From: Nitrospinaceae bacterium | GTDB taxonomy: Bacteria; Nitrospinota; Nitrospinia; Nitrospinales; Nitrospinaceae | DNA: 64,000 nt | Reading direction: 5' to 3' | Assembly (NCBI GenBank): GCA_965223665.1 | Contig: OZ245011.1 | Span: 3,296,001 to 3,360,000 of the forward strand | In this document: positions 42,172 to 50,710 of the stretch, piece after piece | How positions within the stretch are numbered: position 1 is the first letter of the stretch | Layout of the letters: each line of letters starts with the position of its first letter | Position numbers and translations under genes: made by a program | The notes under the pieces: model-generated | Told to the model about the DNA's origin: nothing | Seen by the model: only the letters and a program-made list of their open reading frames with translations | The model's database searches: none

Positions 42172-42272
42172 AAAAACTACCTCCTATATTTCCTAAGTAA
42201 TTTTATTTACTATTATATCAGACTAAATGAATCCTTGGTTTTGACTTGATCAATATTGGTTAGAGAAAATAA

Positions 42273-42848
42273 TTGTATAAAGACTTTCTAAGTTTAGTAG
42301 CTATTGCGCTTACCTTCATGGCATTCTTTCCTTATATAAGTTCCATTAGACGAGGGGTCACTAAACCCCATGTGTTTTCTTGGATTATATGGGGGGCAAC
42401 TACATTTATTGTATTTCTCGCGCAGCTTTCAGATAAAGGGGGTGTTGGAGCGTGGCCAATTGGGTTTTCTGGAATAATTTCCATCTATGTTGCAGTATTA
42501 GCATATAAAAAACAATCAGACAGTTCAATTACACGGACGGATTTGATTTTATTTATTTTTGCAATGACCTCATTGCCTCTTTGGTATTTGACGTCGGATC
42601 CTTTTTGGGCTGTGGTTATTTTGACCCTAATTGATCTCGTAGGATTTGGTCCAACTTTTCGTAAATCTTATCAAAACCCCTTTGAAGAACAATTGAAATT
42701 TTTTGTGTTAATGGCATTGCGTAATGTTATTTCCATAATGGCATTGGAAAATATTTCACCTACAACTCTTATATTTCCTGGAACCATGGCAGTAGTCTGT
42801 CTAATATTTATTGTAATGGTTATTTATAGAAGGCGAATTCCTGTTTAA
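42273..42848 (+). CDS. Hypothetical membrane protein (PQ-loop-like internal repeat)
   Basis: About 6 TM; PYI.SI..G.TKPH.FSW and PTFRKSY..P..E repeats. Confidence 0.6.
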   Translation: MYKDFLSLVAIALTFMAFFPYISSIRRGVTKPHVFSWIIWGATTFIVFLAQLSDKGGVGAWPIGFSGIISIYVAVLAYKKQSDSSITRTDLILFIFAMTSLPLWYLTSDPFWAVVILTLIDLVGFGPTFRKSYQNPFEEQLKFFVLMALRNVISIMALENISPTTLIFPGTMAVVCLIFIVMVIYRRRIPV

Positions 42849-42889
42849 TATGGAAAGAATAATTAATACTTTTCAAGGAATTCAAGTGT

Positions 42890-42919
42890 TTGACCCTCTT
42901 GGGAGCCCTGTGCTAGAAT
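42890..42919 (+). promoter_or_regulatory. Sigma70-type promoter for dapF-dapA-dapB
   Basis: TTGACC-18 nt-TAGAAT with extended -10 TGn. Confidence 0.6.
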
Positions 42920-42995
42920 CGACCCTTCGTTTAGGCGAATCCTATCCGGCCAAGTATCATCCAAATAAGAAATATAATATTTTCAGGGAAATCCA

Positions 42996-43817
42996 GTGAA
43001 CATACCTTTTACCAAAATGAGTGGTAGCGGTAACGATTTCGTAATTATCGACAATCGTGCTGCTGTAATAGATTCTTCAATTAAAAGAGACTTTGTACAG
43101 AAAGTTTGTCGGCAAAAAGTATCTGTGGGTGCAGATGGAGTTATTTTTTTAGAAGAATCTGAGAATGCAGATTACAAGTGGGATTTTTATAATAATGATG
43201 GCAGTTCAGCAGAAATGTGTGGCAATGGAGGCCGCTGTGTGGCGCGTTACGCATTTGAAAATTCTATTGCTCCACAAAAACATTCTTTTGAAACGGTGGC
43301 TGGAATCATCTCTGCAGAAGTTAATGGTCCTGTGGTGAAAGTAAAGTTGACTCCCCCTCATGATTTGCAAAGAGATTTAGAAGTTTCATTTGATGGAATG
43401 TCGTACAAAGTAGATAGCGTAAATACTGGTGTTCCACATGCGATTGTATTTTCTACTGATGTGGAAAGTGAAGATGTTGACAAAATTGGTCGTGGTATTC
43501 GTTATCACTCAGTTTTTTCCCCATCTGGGACCAATGTGGATTTAGTGGAAAAAAAAGATGGCAGTTCTTTAAAAGTAAGGACATATGAAAGAGGGGTCGA
43601 AGGAGAAACTTTAGCTTGTGGAACTGGAGTCGTTGCCTCTGCACTTCTAGCGGCAAAGCGTTTTGAAATTGATTCGCCCATTAGTGTGGAAACTCGTGGG
43701 GGCGAATCATTAAAAGTTTATATTGAACCTTCTTCCAATGGTGAGGGAGATTCTCCTTCCGTTTTTTTAGAGGGTCTAACTAAAGTTACTTTTGAAGGTC
43801 AAATTAAAGAATTATAA
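42996..43817 (+). CDS. dapF: Diaminopimelate epimerase
   Basis: GSGNDF, AEMCGNGGRC, TYERGVEGETLACGTG. Confidence 0.96.
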   Translation: MNIPFTKMSGSGNDFVIIDNRAAVIDSSIKRDFVQKVCRQKVSVGADGVIFLEESENADYKWDFYNNDGSSAEMCGNGGRCVARYAFENSIAPQKHSFETVAGIISAEVNGPVVKVKLTPPHDLQRDLEVSFDGMSYKVDSVNTGVPHAIVFSTDVESEDVDKIGRGIRYHSVFSPSGTNVDLVEKKDGSSLKVRTYERGVEGETLACGTGVVASALLAAKRFEIDSPISVETRGGESLKVYIEPSSNGEGDSPSVFLEGLTKVTFEGQIKEL

Positions 43818-43845
43818 TTACCATTTAGAGGAATAACTTAGCCAT

Positions 43846-44721
43846 ATGTTTGAAGGATCTTTTGTAGCGATAGTCACTCCATTTAAAAATGGTAAATTAG
43901 ATGAGCCGTCTTTTCGAAACCTGTTAAAGTTTCATATAGAAAATGGGACTGACGGGATTGTTCCTTGTGGAACTACGGGTGAGTCTGCTACTTTGACGCA
44001 TGAAGAACACCATCAAGTTATTTCAATTGCCGTTGAAGAATGTAAGGGAAAAATTCCTGTGCTAGCTGGGACTGGGTCAAATTCTACCAAGGAGGCGATC
44101 GAACTCACTCAGCATGCGGAAAAGGCTGGGGCTGATGGTGCTCTATTGATAACGCCTTATTACAATAAACCTTCACAGGAAGGTTTGTATCAACATTTTT
44201 TGGCTGTGGCAAAGGAAACCAGCCTACCCATTATTTTGTATAATGTCCCTGGTCGAACCTCTGTGAACATGCTTCCTTCCACAGTGGGTCGATTGGCTAA
44301 GGATCGAAAAAATATTGTTGGTATTAAAGAAGCCTCTGGTTCCTTGGGACAAATTAGTGAAGTGATAGCTTTGTGTGGGGGTGATTTTTCTCTACTTTCT
44401 GGTGATGATGCTTTATTGTGGCCTATTTTGGCAGTGGGTGGGAAGGGTGTTATTTCTGTATCCGCCAATGTAGTTCCTGGTAAGGTCTCAGATTTATGTA
44501 AAAAGGCTAAAAACAATCAAAACGATGACGCCCGTAAATTACACTATCAGTTGATGCATTTAAACAATATCATGTTTATTGATACCAACCCGGTCCCTGT
44601 AAAAGCCGCACTTTCTTTAATGGGGATGATTTCTGCTGAACTTCGTCCTCCTTTGACTGAGTTATCTGAAGAGCATCTCAAAATCCTAAGATCCACTCTG
44701 AAAGAATACGCTTTACTTTAG
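43846..44721 (+). CDS. dapA: 4-hydroxy-tetrahydrodipicolinate synthase
   Basis: GTTGES, PYYNKP, YNVPGRT, GIKEASG. Confidence 0.96.
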   Translation: MFEGSFVAIVTPFKNGKLDEPSFRNLLKFHIENGTDGIVPCGTTGESATLTHEEHHQVISIAVEECKGKIPVLAGTGSNSTKEAIELTQHAEKAGADGALLITPYYNKPSQEGLYQHFLAVAKETSLPIILYNVPGRTSVNMLPSTVGRLAKDRKNIVGIKEASGSLGQISEVIALCGGDFSLLSGDDALLWPILAVGGKGVISVSANVVPGKVSDLCKKAKNNQNDDARKLHYQLMHLNNIMFIDTNPVPVKAALSLMGMISAELRPPLTELSEEHLKILRSTLKEYALL

Positions 44722-44812
44722 TCGACTTTTCATCTTCAATAATAAAAATTTCTTAAAATGTATTGATTTCAATTTTTAATGTCCTGAAGTTAATTAATAA
44801 GGAGGTTGAGTT

Positions 44813-45619
44813 TTGTTAAGAATAGGTGTGATTGGTGCGGCAGGGCGCATGGGTAGGACCATCGTTTCATGTATTGAGGATACGCCGGATGCAGATATTG
44901 GGTGTGGAACAGAAATGGCTGGTAATCCTTTTTTGGGGCAAGATGTGGGAGAATTAGCTGGTTTTGGAAAAAAAAATGTTTTAGTTACTGAGGATTTAGG
45001 TAAAGCAATCAATACTTGTGATGCAATTATTGATTTTACCACTCCTGAATCGAGCATGAATACCCTCCGTGTGGTGAAGGAGCATAATAAATCTGTAGTT
45101 TTTGGAACAACCGGATTTTCTGATAAGCAAAGATCTGAAATTTCTGAGGCTACTCAATCCATTCGATGTGTTTTGGCTCCCAACATGAGTATTGGTGTTA
45201 ATGTTCTATTTAAAATAGTTGGAGATGTGGCAAAAATATTAGGAGATGCGTATGATGTTGAAATAGTGGAAGCACATCATAAATTTAAAAAGGACGCTCC
45301 TAGTGGAACTGCTGTGCGAATTTCTGAAATTATTGCCGAGAGCTTAAAACGGGATTTAAGTGAGGTAGGGGTTTATGGACGTCATGGTTTTAGTGAAGGC
45401 CGAGGTGACAAAGATATTGGAGTGCATACAGTTCGTGCAGGGGATATAGTGGGAGAGCATCGAGTCATGTTTGGGGGAATGGGTGAAACATTGGAAGTGT
45501 TCCACAGAGCCCAAAGCCGACAAACATTTGCTCGTGGAGCCGTACGTGCCGCGCAATGGATTATTCACCAACCGCCGGGTTTATATGATATGCAAGATGT
45601 ATTAGGTTTGAGAGATTAA
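44813..45619 (+). CDS. dapB: 4-hydroxy-tetrahydrodipicolinate reductase
   Basis: GAAGRMG, EAHHKFKKDAPSGTA, RAGDIVGEH. Confidence 0.96.
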   Translation: MLRIGVIGAAGRMGRTIVSCIEDTPDADIGCGTEMAGNPFLGQDVGELAGFGKKNVLVTEDLGKAINTCDAIIDFTTPESSMNTLRVVKEHNKSVVFGTTGFSDKQRSEISEATQSIRCVLAPNMSIGVNVLFKIVGDVAKILGDAYDVEIVEAHHKFKKDAPSGTAVRISEIIAESLKRDLSEVGVYGRHGFSEGRGDKDIGVHTVRAGDIVGEHRVMFGGMGETLEVFHRAQSRQTFARGAVRAAQWIIHQPPGLYDMQDVLGLRD

Positions 45620-45621
45620 TT

Positions 45622-46389
45622 ATGGGTTTTTGGAAATCAAATTGGAATCGCCGATTTTTTTTGAAAGCGTCTTCTTTATCTTTGGCAAGTTTTTTGTTTC
45701 CAAAGAAAGGTGGGGGAACAGTTAATTTTCAAAATAATAAAAATATACCTTCCAACTATATACAAAACCGCGACACCCCGGGATTCTATATTCGAAGTGC
45801 AAACCCTTTTTTAGGAGTTGATATTAATAAATGGTCTTTGGGAATTAAGGGGATTGTGAAACAGCCTTTAACTTTGGGTTATGAAGATTTATTTGGATTT
45901 CCCAGAGTTTCTCAAGTATCGCGGTTAAAATGTGTGGAATGTTGGTCTGCCAAGGCGGAGTGGGAAGGATTTCGTTTCCAAGAGATTGTAAAGCGGGTGC
46001 AACCGGACCCAAAGGCTAAATATGTAACTTTTCAATCTGCTGACTCTTATTATGAAAGTTTTCTTTTGGAAGAGTTGTTGAGACCCAGAGTTTTATTTGT
46101 ATTGCGAATGAATGGAAAGCCTCTATCAAAAGATCATGGGTTTCCTTTAAGGCTTATTGCTCCTTTTAAGTATGGATACAAAAATGTTAAATATATTACA
46201 AGTATAGAGTTTTCAGAAAAACGTAGCCGAAATTATTGGGCAGACTATGGACCTTATTCAGTGGATGGAACGATTCAACCGGGAATTGATCATCCTCTGG
46301 ATTATAAGAAAAAACCCTTACCTATTAATGGAGGAGAGGTCTTCCATTTTTTCGATAAACGCCCTCCCAAATCTCCAAATGGCATATGA
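45622..46389 (+). CDS. Sulfite-oxidase-family molybdoenzyme (MsrP-like)
   Basis: Tat-like RRFFLK, LKCVECWS Mo-ligand Cys, HGFPLRLIAPFKYGYKNVK. Confidence 0.82.
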   Translation: MGFWKSNWNRRFFLKASSLSLASFLFPKKGGGTVNFQNNKNIPSNYIQNRDTPGFYIRSANPFLGVDINKWSLGIKGIVKQPLTLGYEDLFGFPRVSQVSRLKCVECWSAKAEWEGFRFQEIVKRVQPDPKAKYVTFQSADSYYESFLLEELLRPRVLFVLRMNGKPLSKDHGFPLRLIAPFKYGYKNVKYITSIEFSEKRSRNYWADYGPYSVDGTIQPGIDHPLDYKKKPLPINGGEVFHFFDKRPPKSPNGI

Positions 46390-47111
46390 ATCCATGGCGA
46401 AAACTATTTTCGTTAATCGTTTTTTTATTTTTTTGTTCCTGTTCTGATAACTCAGTCGAACAAATTTCTGTAAAAATTCCCCCTAACTTAAAAGTTCCTG
46501 AAGAAATGGTTTACATTCCTGAAGGCGAATTTGTATATGGTCATCCTAGCGATCCTAAAACAAGTTTAGGAAAAAAAGTTCATTTGCCAGCTTACTTCAT
46601 TGACAAGTTTGAAGTGACCCGTGGAGATTATCAAACAGCAAACACAAAGTATTGGGTCACTCCGGGCAAGGAACTTTTCCCAGTAAATTTAGTTAGCTTT
46701 TTAGAAGCGAGTACTTATTGCCAATCTTTGGGTAAACGGTTGCCGACAGAAAAAGAATGGGAAAAGGCGGCTCGAGGGATAGATGCCAGAAAATGGCCTT
46801 GGAAGCAGTTTCAAGAGCATCCTAATAATGGATTTTCAGGATTTATTCCTGAACCGGTGGATAAAAGGGATGATTGGATCAGCCCATATGGTATTTATGG
46901 AATGGGACATAATGTTTGGGAATGGACTGTGGATGATTATGATTTTAATGGGATGCCAGGAACTGAAAAAGGTAAATATAAAGTCATCCGTGGAGGGCTT
47001 TTTCAATCCCACTTAACAATAAAATTCTCTGCGACTTGGGCTAGAAATTATATGGAACCGCAAGCACGTTATAATTTTTTGGGATTTAGATGTGCTAAGG
47101 ATCTTGATTGA
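46386..47111 (+). CDS. Formylglycine-generating enzyme (SUMF1/FGE-sulfatase) domain lipoprotein
   Basis: Lipobox-like CSC, IDKFEVT, RLPTEKEWEKAARG, NVWEW, GFRCA. Confidence 0.88.
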   Translation: MNPWRKLFSLIVFLFFCSCSDNSVEQISVKIPPNLKVPEEMVYIPEGEFVYGHPSDPKTSLGKKVHLPAYFIDKFEVTRGDYQTANTKYWVTPGKELFPVNLVSFLEASTYCQSLGKRLPTEKEWEKAARGIDARKWPWKQFQEHPNNGFSGFIPEPVDKRDDWISPYGIYGMGHNVWEWTVDDYDFNGMPGTEKGKYKVIRGGLFQSHLTIKFSATWARNYMEPQARYNFLGFRCAKDLD

Positions 47112-47191
47112 GGAAAAAATCTTTGTAAACTTTCTATCAGATGCTTTTTAGAAAGAACTCACTGTCATTATTTCTTTTTAAAAATTCCAAT

Positions 47192-47225
47192 AAAAAAAGG
47201 GCTGCCAAAACATTTGGCAGCCCTT
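47192..47225 (-). terminator. Intrinsic terminator
   Basis: Inverted repeat AAGGGCTGCCAAA/TTTGGCAGCCCTT running into a T7 tract on the minus strand. Confidence 0.9.
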
Positions 47226-47255
47226 AGAAAACTATGGAACCTCCGGGAAACTGAA

Positions 47256-47300
47256 TTAACAATTTCCTACGGAGGTTCCAAGTCTACAATCGCTAGACAA
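47256..47300 (-). CDS. Putative 14-aa peptide MSSDCRLGTSVGNC
   Basis: TTG start 7 nt after GGAGG within AAAGGAGGTGATCCA; TAA stop; too short for the ORF track. Confidence 0.45.
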   Translation of the reverse strand: MSSDCRLGTSVGNC

Positions 47301-47596
47301 TGGATCACCTCCTTTCATCCAGGGGGTGAACATCCGCGCCGAGACTCCCCTGGCGCCCCAAACGCTTCACTATAATTAGCTATAGATTGTACTATTTTTT
47401 TGAAAAAGTCAAAATGGAAAATTTAGCCAGGTGGCCCATTGGATCTAGTGAGATATCTATTTGATTTCTATCGAGAACTAACAAATTAAATCTTAATGTT
47501 GCGGTGTGATTTTTCCAAATTTTGGTGTTTTTTGTAGAGCAAATTTTTTATTAATTGGATCCTTTAGTTTTTTGCAATTTCCCCAAAAATTGAATT

Positions 47597-47893
47597 TTAA
47601 TAAATCTTCTTGTTTTTTCTTTTTTTGTAAAAAGCTTTTTGACATTCGGCTGAACAATATTTTGCGGCACGATGTCTGGGATGAAATTCCTTTTCACAAA
47701 CCACACAGAACTTGTTATAAAATTTTTGTTTGGGTTGTCTGGGTTTAGCATCTCGCATTTTGGTAATCGTGCGTAAACCTTTTATCGTAGATTTTTGTTG
47801 GAGGAAATTTAGTTTTTCTTTTTCCAGGTCTCTATACTTTAAAACTTTTTTTAATTTGCCGTTTTTATCATAGACTTTACACTCATAAATCAT
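47597..47893 (-). CDS. Small basic protein with C-terminal zinc finger
   Basis: CVVC-x13-CSAEC motif; very Lys/Arg rich. Confidence 0.7.
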   Translation of the reverse strand: MIYECKVYDKNGKLKKVLKYRDLEKEKLNFLQQKSTIKGLRTITKMRDAKPRQPKQKFYNKFCVVCEKEFHPRHRAAKYCSAECQKAFYKKRKNKKIY

Positions 47894-48291
47894 TAAATTG
47901 TCACCAGATATTCGGGTTAATAATTTTATTTCTTTAACCCTCCTCTCTAAATTTCTAAGCTAAGTCCGGCTATCCAGTTTGCGCCTGAAATGGGTTTTTA
48001 ATTTCACTGGAAAGCTCCCCAGAGCCTTTCGCCGGACCATTGCCTACTTTAGTTATCTACTTTTTATTCTCCAAAAAAAATTTTAAATGCCTAAATAGTC
48101 ATATTTTTGTATTTTGAACGATGTTTTCTATAGCCCTCTCTTTAAAGATATTATATGGTATAAAAATTCATAAAATCAAATTTTTTGTCTAAAAAACTTG
48201 AAAAAATTTTAAAATTGTCTAAAATTTAATTGTTTGTCTAACTATTGATTTGTAGGCAAGGTTTTGGGTTTTATTTAGTGGACTGAGAAAA

Positions 48292-49248
48292 TTGGAAAAA
48301 GAATTAACAAGAGAAAATGATTTAGAGCTTCCTATTCGCGAGTTTTCTCGAATTACTGGAGTGAGCCCTCATACTTTACGCATTTGGGAGCGTCGCTACG
48401 GTGTTCCTAAAACAAGGAGACTGCCTTCCGGACATCGTAGGTATTTAAGAGAGGAAATTCCCCGGATAAAAGCTGTTGCTTGTGCTTTAGACGCTGGGTA
48501 CCGTCCGGGAAAAATAATTCACGCCTCCCTTCAAGAATTAGAAGATTTAATTAATGTTTCTTCGTTAATTCATTCGGTCAAAAAGCCTGCGGTTGATTCA
48601 AACAGAATAAGGGACTTTAGTATTCTCGATAAATGGATGAATGCGGTTCGAAAATATAATGAAGATTTATTGAGTCAAGAGTTTCATTATCAATGGCAAA
48701 AGATGGGGCCACTAAATTTTGTTCAGGATTGTATAACTCCTTTTATCTACCGTGTGGGTCTTGAGTGGGAAACTGGGGAATTATCTATTTCGCAGGAGCA
48801 TTTTGTTTCTGCCAGGCTCGGGGATTTTTTGGGAACCATGTGGCGAAAACTCAATGAAAGAAACCAGGGACCTGTGTGTGTGTTGGCGAATTTGCCTGAT
48901 GAGCCTCATTCATTGGGTTTGCAAATGGCCGCAGTTTTAGCGGCTTTAAATCAAAAAAAAGTAGTTTTTTTAGGAAGAGATACTCCTGTTGAGGATATTA
49001 TTTTCGCCGTTGAACAATGTAATGCTGAACTTTTAGGAATTAGCATTTCATGTATTTATGATGCCAAAACGGCACGAATCCAGCTAAAAAAACTACGGCA
49101 AAAAATTTCTCAGGATTGCAATATAATTGTCGGTGGGGAAGGTGCTCAGTGTCCAATTCCAGGGATTTTAAAAATGCAAAATTTATCCGAGTTTTTTAAC
49201 TGGCTTCAAGAGACTGGTAAAACAGGGGAGAAGGCTTATGAAAACTAA
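48292..49248 (+). CDS. CarH/LitR-like MerR regulator with B12-binding domain
   Basis: MerR HTH (TLRIWERRYG, GHRRY), W-x9-EH (WETGELSISQEH), ExHxxG (EPHSLG). Confidence 0.88.
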   Translation: MEKELTRENDLELPIREFSRITGVSPHTLRIWERRYGVPKTRRLPSGHRRYLREEIPRIKAVACALDAGYRPGKIIHASLQELEDLINVSSLIHSVKKPAVDSNRIRDFSILDKWMNAVRKYNEDLLSQEFHYQWQKMGPLNFVQDCITPFIYRVGLEWETGELSISQEHFVSARLGDFLGTMWRKLNERNQGPVCVLANLPDEPHSLGLQMAAVLAALNQKKVVFLGRDTPVEDIIFAVEQCNAELLGISISCIYDAKTARIQLKKLRQKISQDCNIIVGGEGAQCPIPGILKMQNLSEFFNWLQETGKTGEKAYEN

Positions 49249-49801
49249 AAACATTTTTTCCTTTTTGGTATTTGTGACTATTGGGTTTTTGTTTGTAAAT
49301 AATTTGAATGCGAACGAATCTGTCAATCGAAAGCAGGTTTTGGAGGTGGGTAAAATGCTTCCCAATGCTACTTTGTCCCAGTACCAAAAACCTGATATTC
49401 GATTAGATGATCTTAAAGGTTTTGTGAAAATTCTTAGCATTGTTCCCCAACTCAATACCCCTGTTTGTGATGAACAAACCCATCGTTTTAGTGAAACGAA
49501 CGGCGGGTTAGATCAGCATGTAAAAATTATTACCATCAGTACGAATTCTGCCGTTGGGCAATTTCGCTTTGCGCAAAAAGCTAAAATTAAAAATATTCTA
49601 TTTTTATCTGATCGTCCCCAATTTGATTTTGGTAGACAAACCGGGTTGCTCAATAGTGATTTTGGATTTTTAAGACGTACAGTTATGGTTGTTGATGAGG
49701 ATAATGTGATTCAGTATGTGGATTTTGTCCCGGGGGGTGGACTTCCCCAAATTAAAAAAGCTCTCAAAGCCGCTAAGCGAATTATTGAGAAGAATTCCTA
49801 A
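49238..49801 (+). CDS. Exported Tpx-like peroxiredoxin
   Basis: Signal peptide; PQLNTPVC (PxxxTxxC) peroxidatic motif; FG..TG and R.V.VVD Tpx features. Confidence 0.78.
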   Translation: MKTKNIFSFLVFVTIGFLFVNNLNANESVNRKQVLEVGKMLPNATLSQYQKPDIRLDDLKGFVKILSIVPQLNTPVCDEQTHRFSETNGGLDQHVKIITISTNSAVGQFRFAQKAKIKNILFLSDRPQFDFGRQTGLLNSDFGFLRRTVMVVDEDNVIQYVDFVPGGGLPQIKKALKAAKRIIEKNS

Positions 49802-49984
49802 GTTGTTTTTTGATTTTTTCCTCTAAATTTATGTCCTGGGTTCTACTTTTAAGTTTGAAGCTATAATTTTCTTTCCGCTTCTTCCCCTTGTTTTACTAAT
49901 TATCCTTCATATTAGGCTTGTTAAGTCCTTAGCTCGTCCTTTATCGAACTTGTGAAATTTCTGATATTTTCCTTTTAATATTTA

Positions 49985-50014
49985 TTGACTTTTCGCCTTT
50001 TTTTCGTCTATGAT
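49985..50014 (+). promoter_or_regulatory. lexA promoter with candidate LexA box in the spacer
   Basis: TTGACT-18 nt-TATGAT; TTCG-N7-TTCG direct repeat at 49992-50006. Confidence 0.55.
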
Positions 50015-50078
50015 GATGAAGACGTATCACCCTGAGACATTTATCAATGAACCATTGTAGTAAGAGGAGGGATGCAAT

Positions 50079-50672
50079 ATGCATCTGACCAAACGGCAAC
50101 GGGAGATTTATGAATATTTAAAAGAGCATATTCGTGAAAAGGGATATGCTCCTAGTATTATGGAAATCGGTGAGGAGTTCCATTTATCGTCTCCAGCCAC
50201 TGTCCATAAGCATTTAAGTCACTTAGAGGTTAAGGGGTTGATTCAACGTAAACATAATATGAGCCGAGCGATTGAACTCGTAGATGAAGAATCTGCAGTT
50301 CCTGAATATCATTTATTAGGACATATTGTTGCGGGTAAACCCATTGAGACGTTTGAAATGCGAGAAATGGTTTCTTTATTTCCTGCGGCACAAGATAAGA
50401 ATATTTTTGTGCTACGTGTTAAAGGGGATTCGATGATCGATGACCATATACAAGATGGGGATTTTGTTATCGTTGAAGGGCGAGAGGATGCGAATAACGG
50501 GGAAACAGTTGTTGCTTTACTCGATAATGAATGTGCAACTTTAAAGCGTTTTTATCGTGAAGGTGATCGTGTGCGGCTACAACCTGCAAACGAAGCTATG
50601 CAGCCTATTTTTATCAAACAAGGCGATCTTAAAATTCAAGGTGTGGTTATTGGTGTCATGCGTAAATTCTGA
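50079..50672 (+). CDS. lexA: SOS repressor LexA
   Basis: wHTH (LTKRQREI, SPATVHKHL), Ala-Gly cleavage site (VAG), GDSM Ser and TLK Lys; GAGGAGG RBS. Confidence 0.95.
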   Translation: MHLTKRQREIYEYLKEHIREKGYAPSIMEIGEEFHLSSPATVHKHLSHLEVKGLIQRKHNMSRAIELVDEESAVPEYHLLGHIVAGKPIETFEMREMVSLFPAAQDKNIFVLRVKGDSMIDDHIQDGDFVIVEGREDANNGETVVALLDNECATLKRFYREGDRVRLQPANEAMQPIFIKQGDLKIQGVVIGVMRKF

Positions 50673-50710
50673 TGAGCGTCAGAGGTAGAAAATATTTTTG
50701 AGAAGGCTGA

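Larger units (their letters stand above)
47192..47370 (-). ncRNA. Candidate structured RNA / small-peptide mRNA carrying an extended Shine-Dalgarno
   Basis: GC-rich island with several complementary helices, GAAAGGAGGTGATCCA and its own terminator; matches no family I recognise. Confidence 0.6.

Noticed and set aside
47301-47316. 16S rRNA gene fragment
   Set aside because: Only the terminal 16 nt match; the flanks show no helix 44/45 or ITS sequence. It is better read as an extended SD on the opposite strand.
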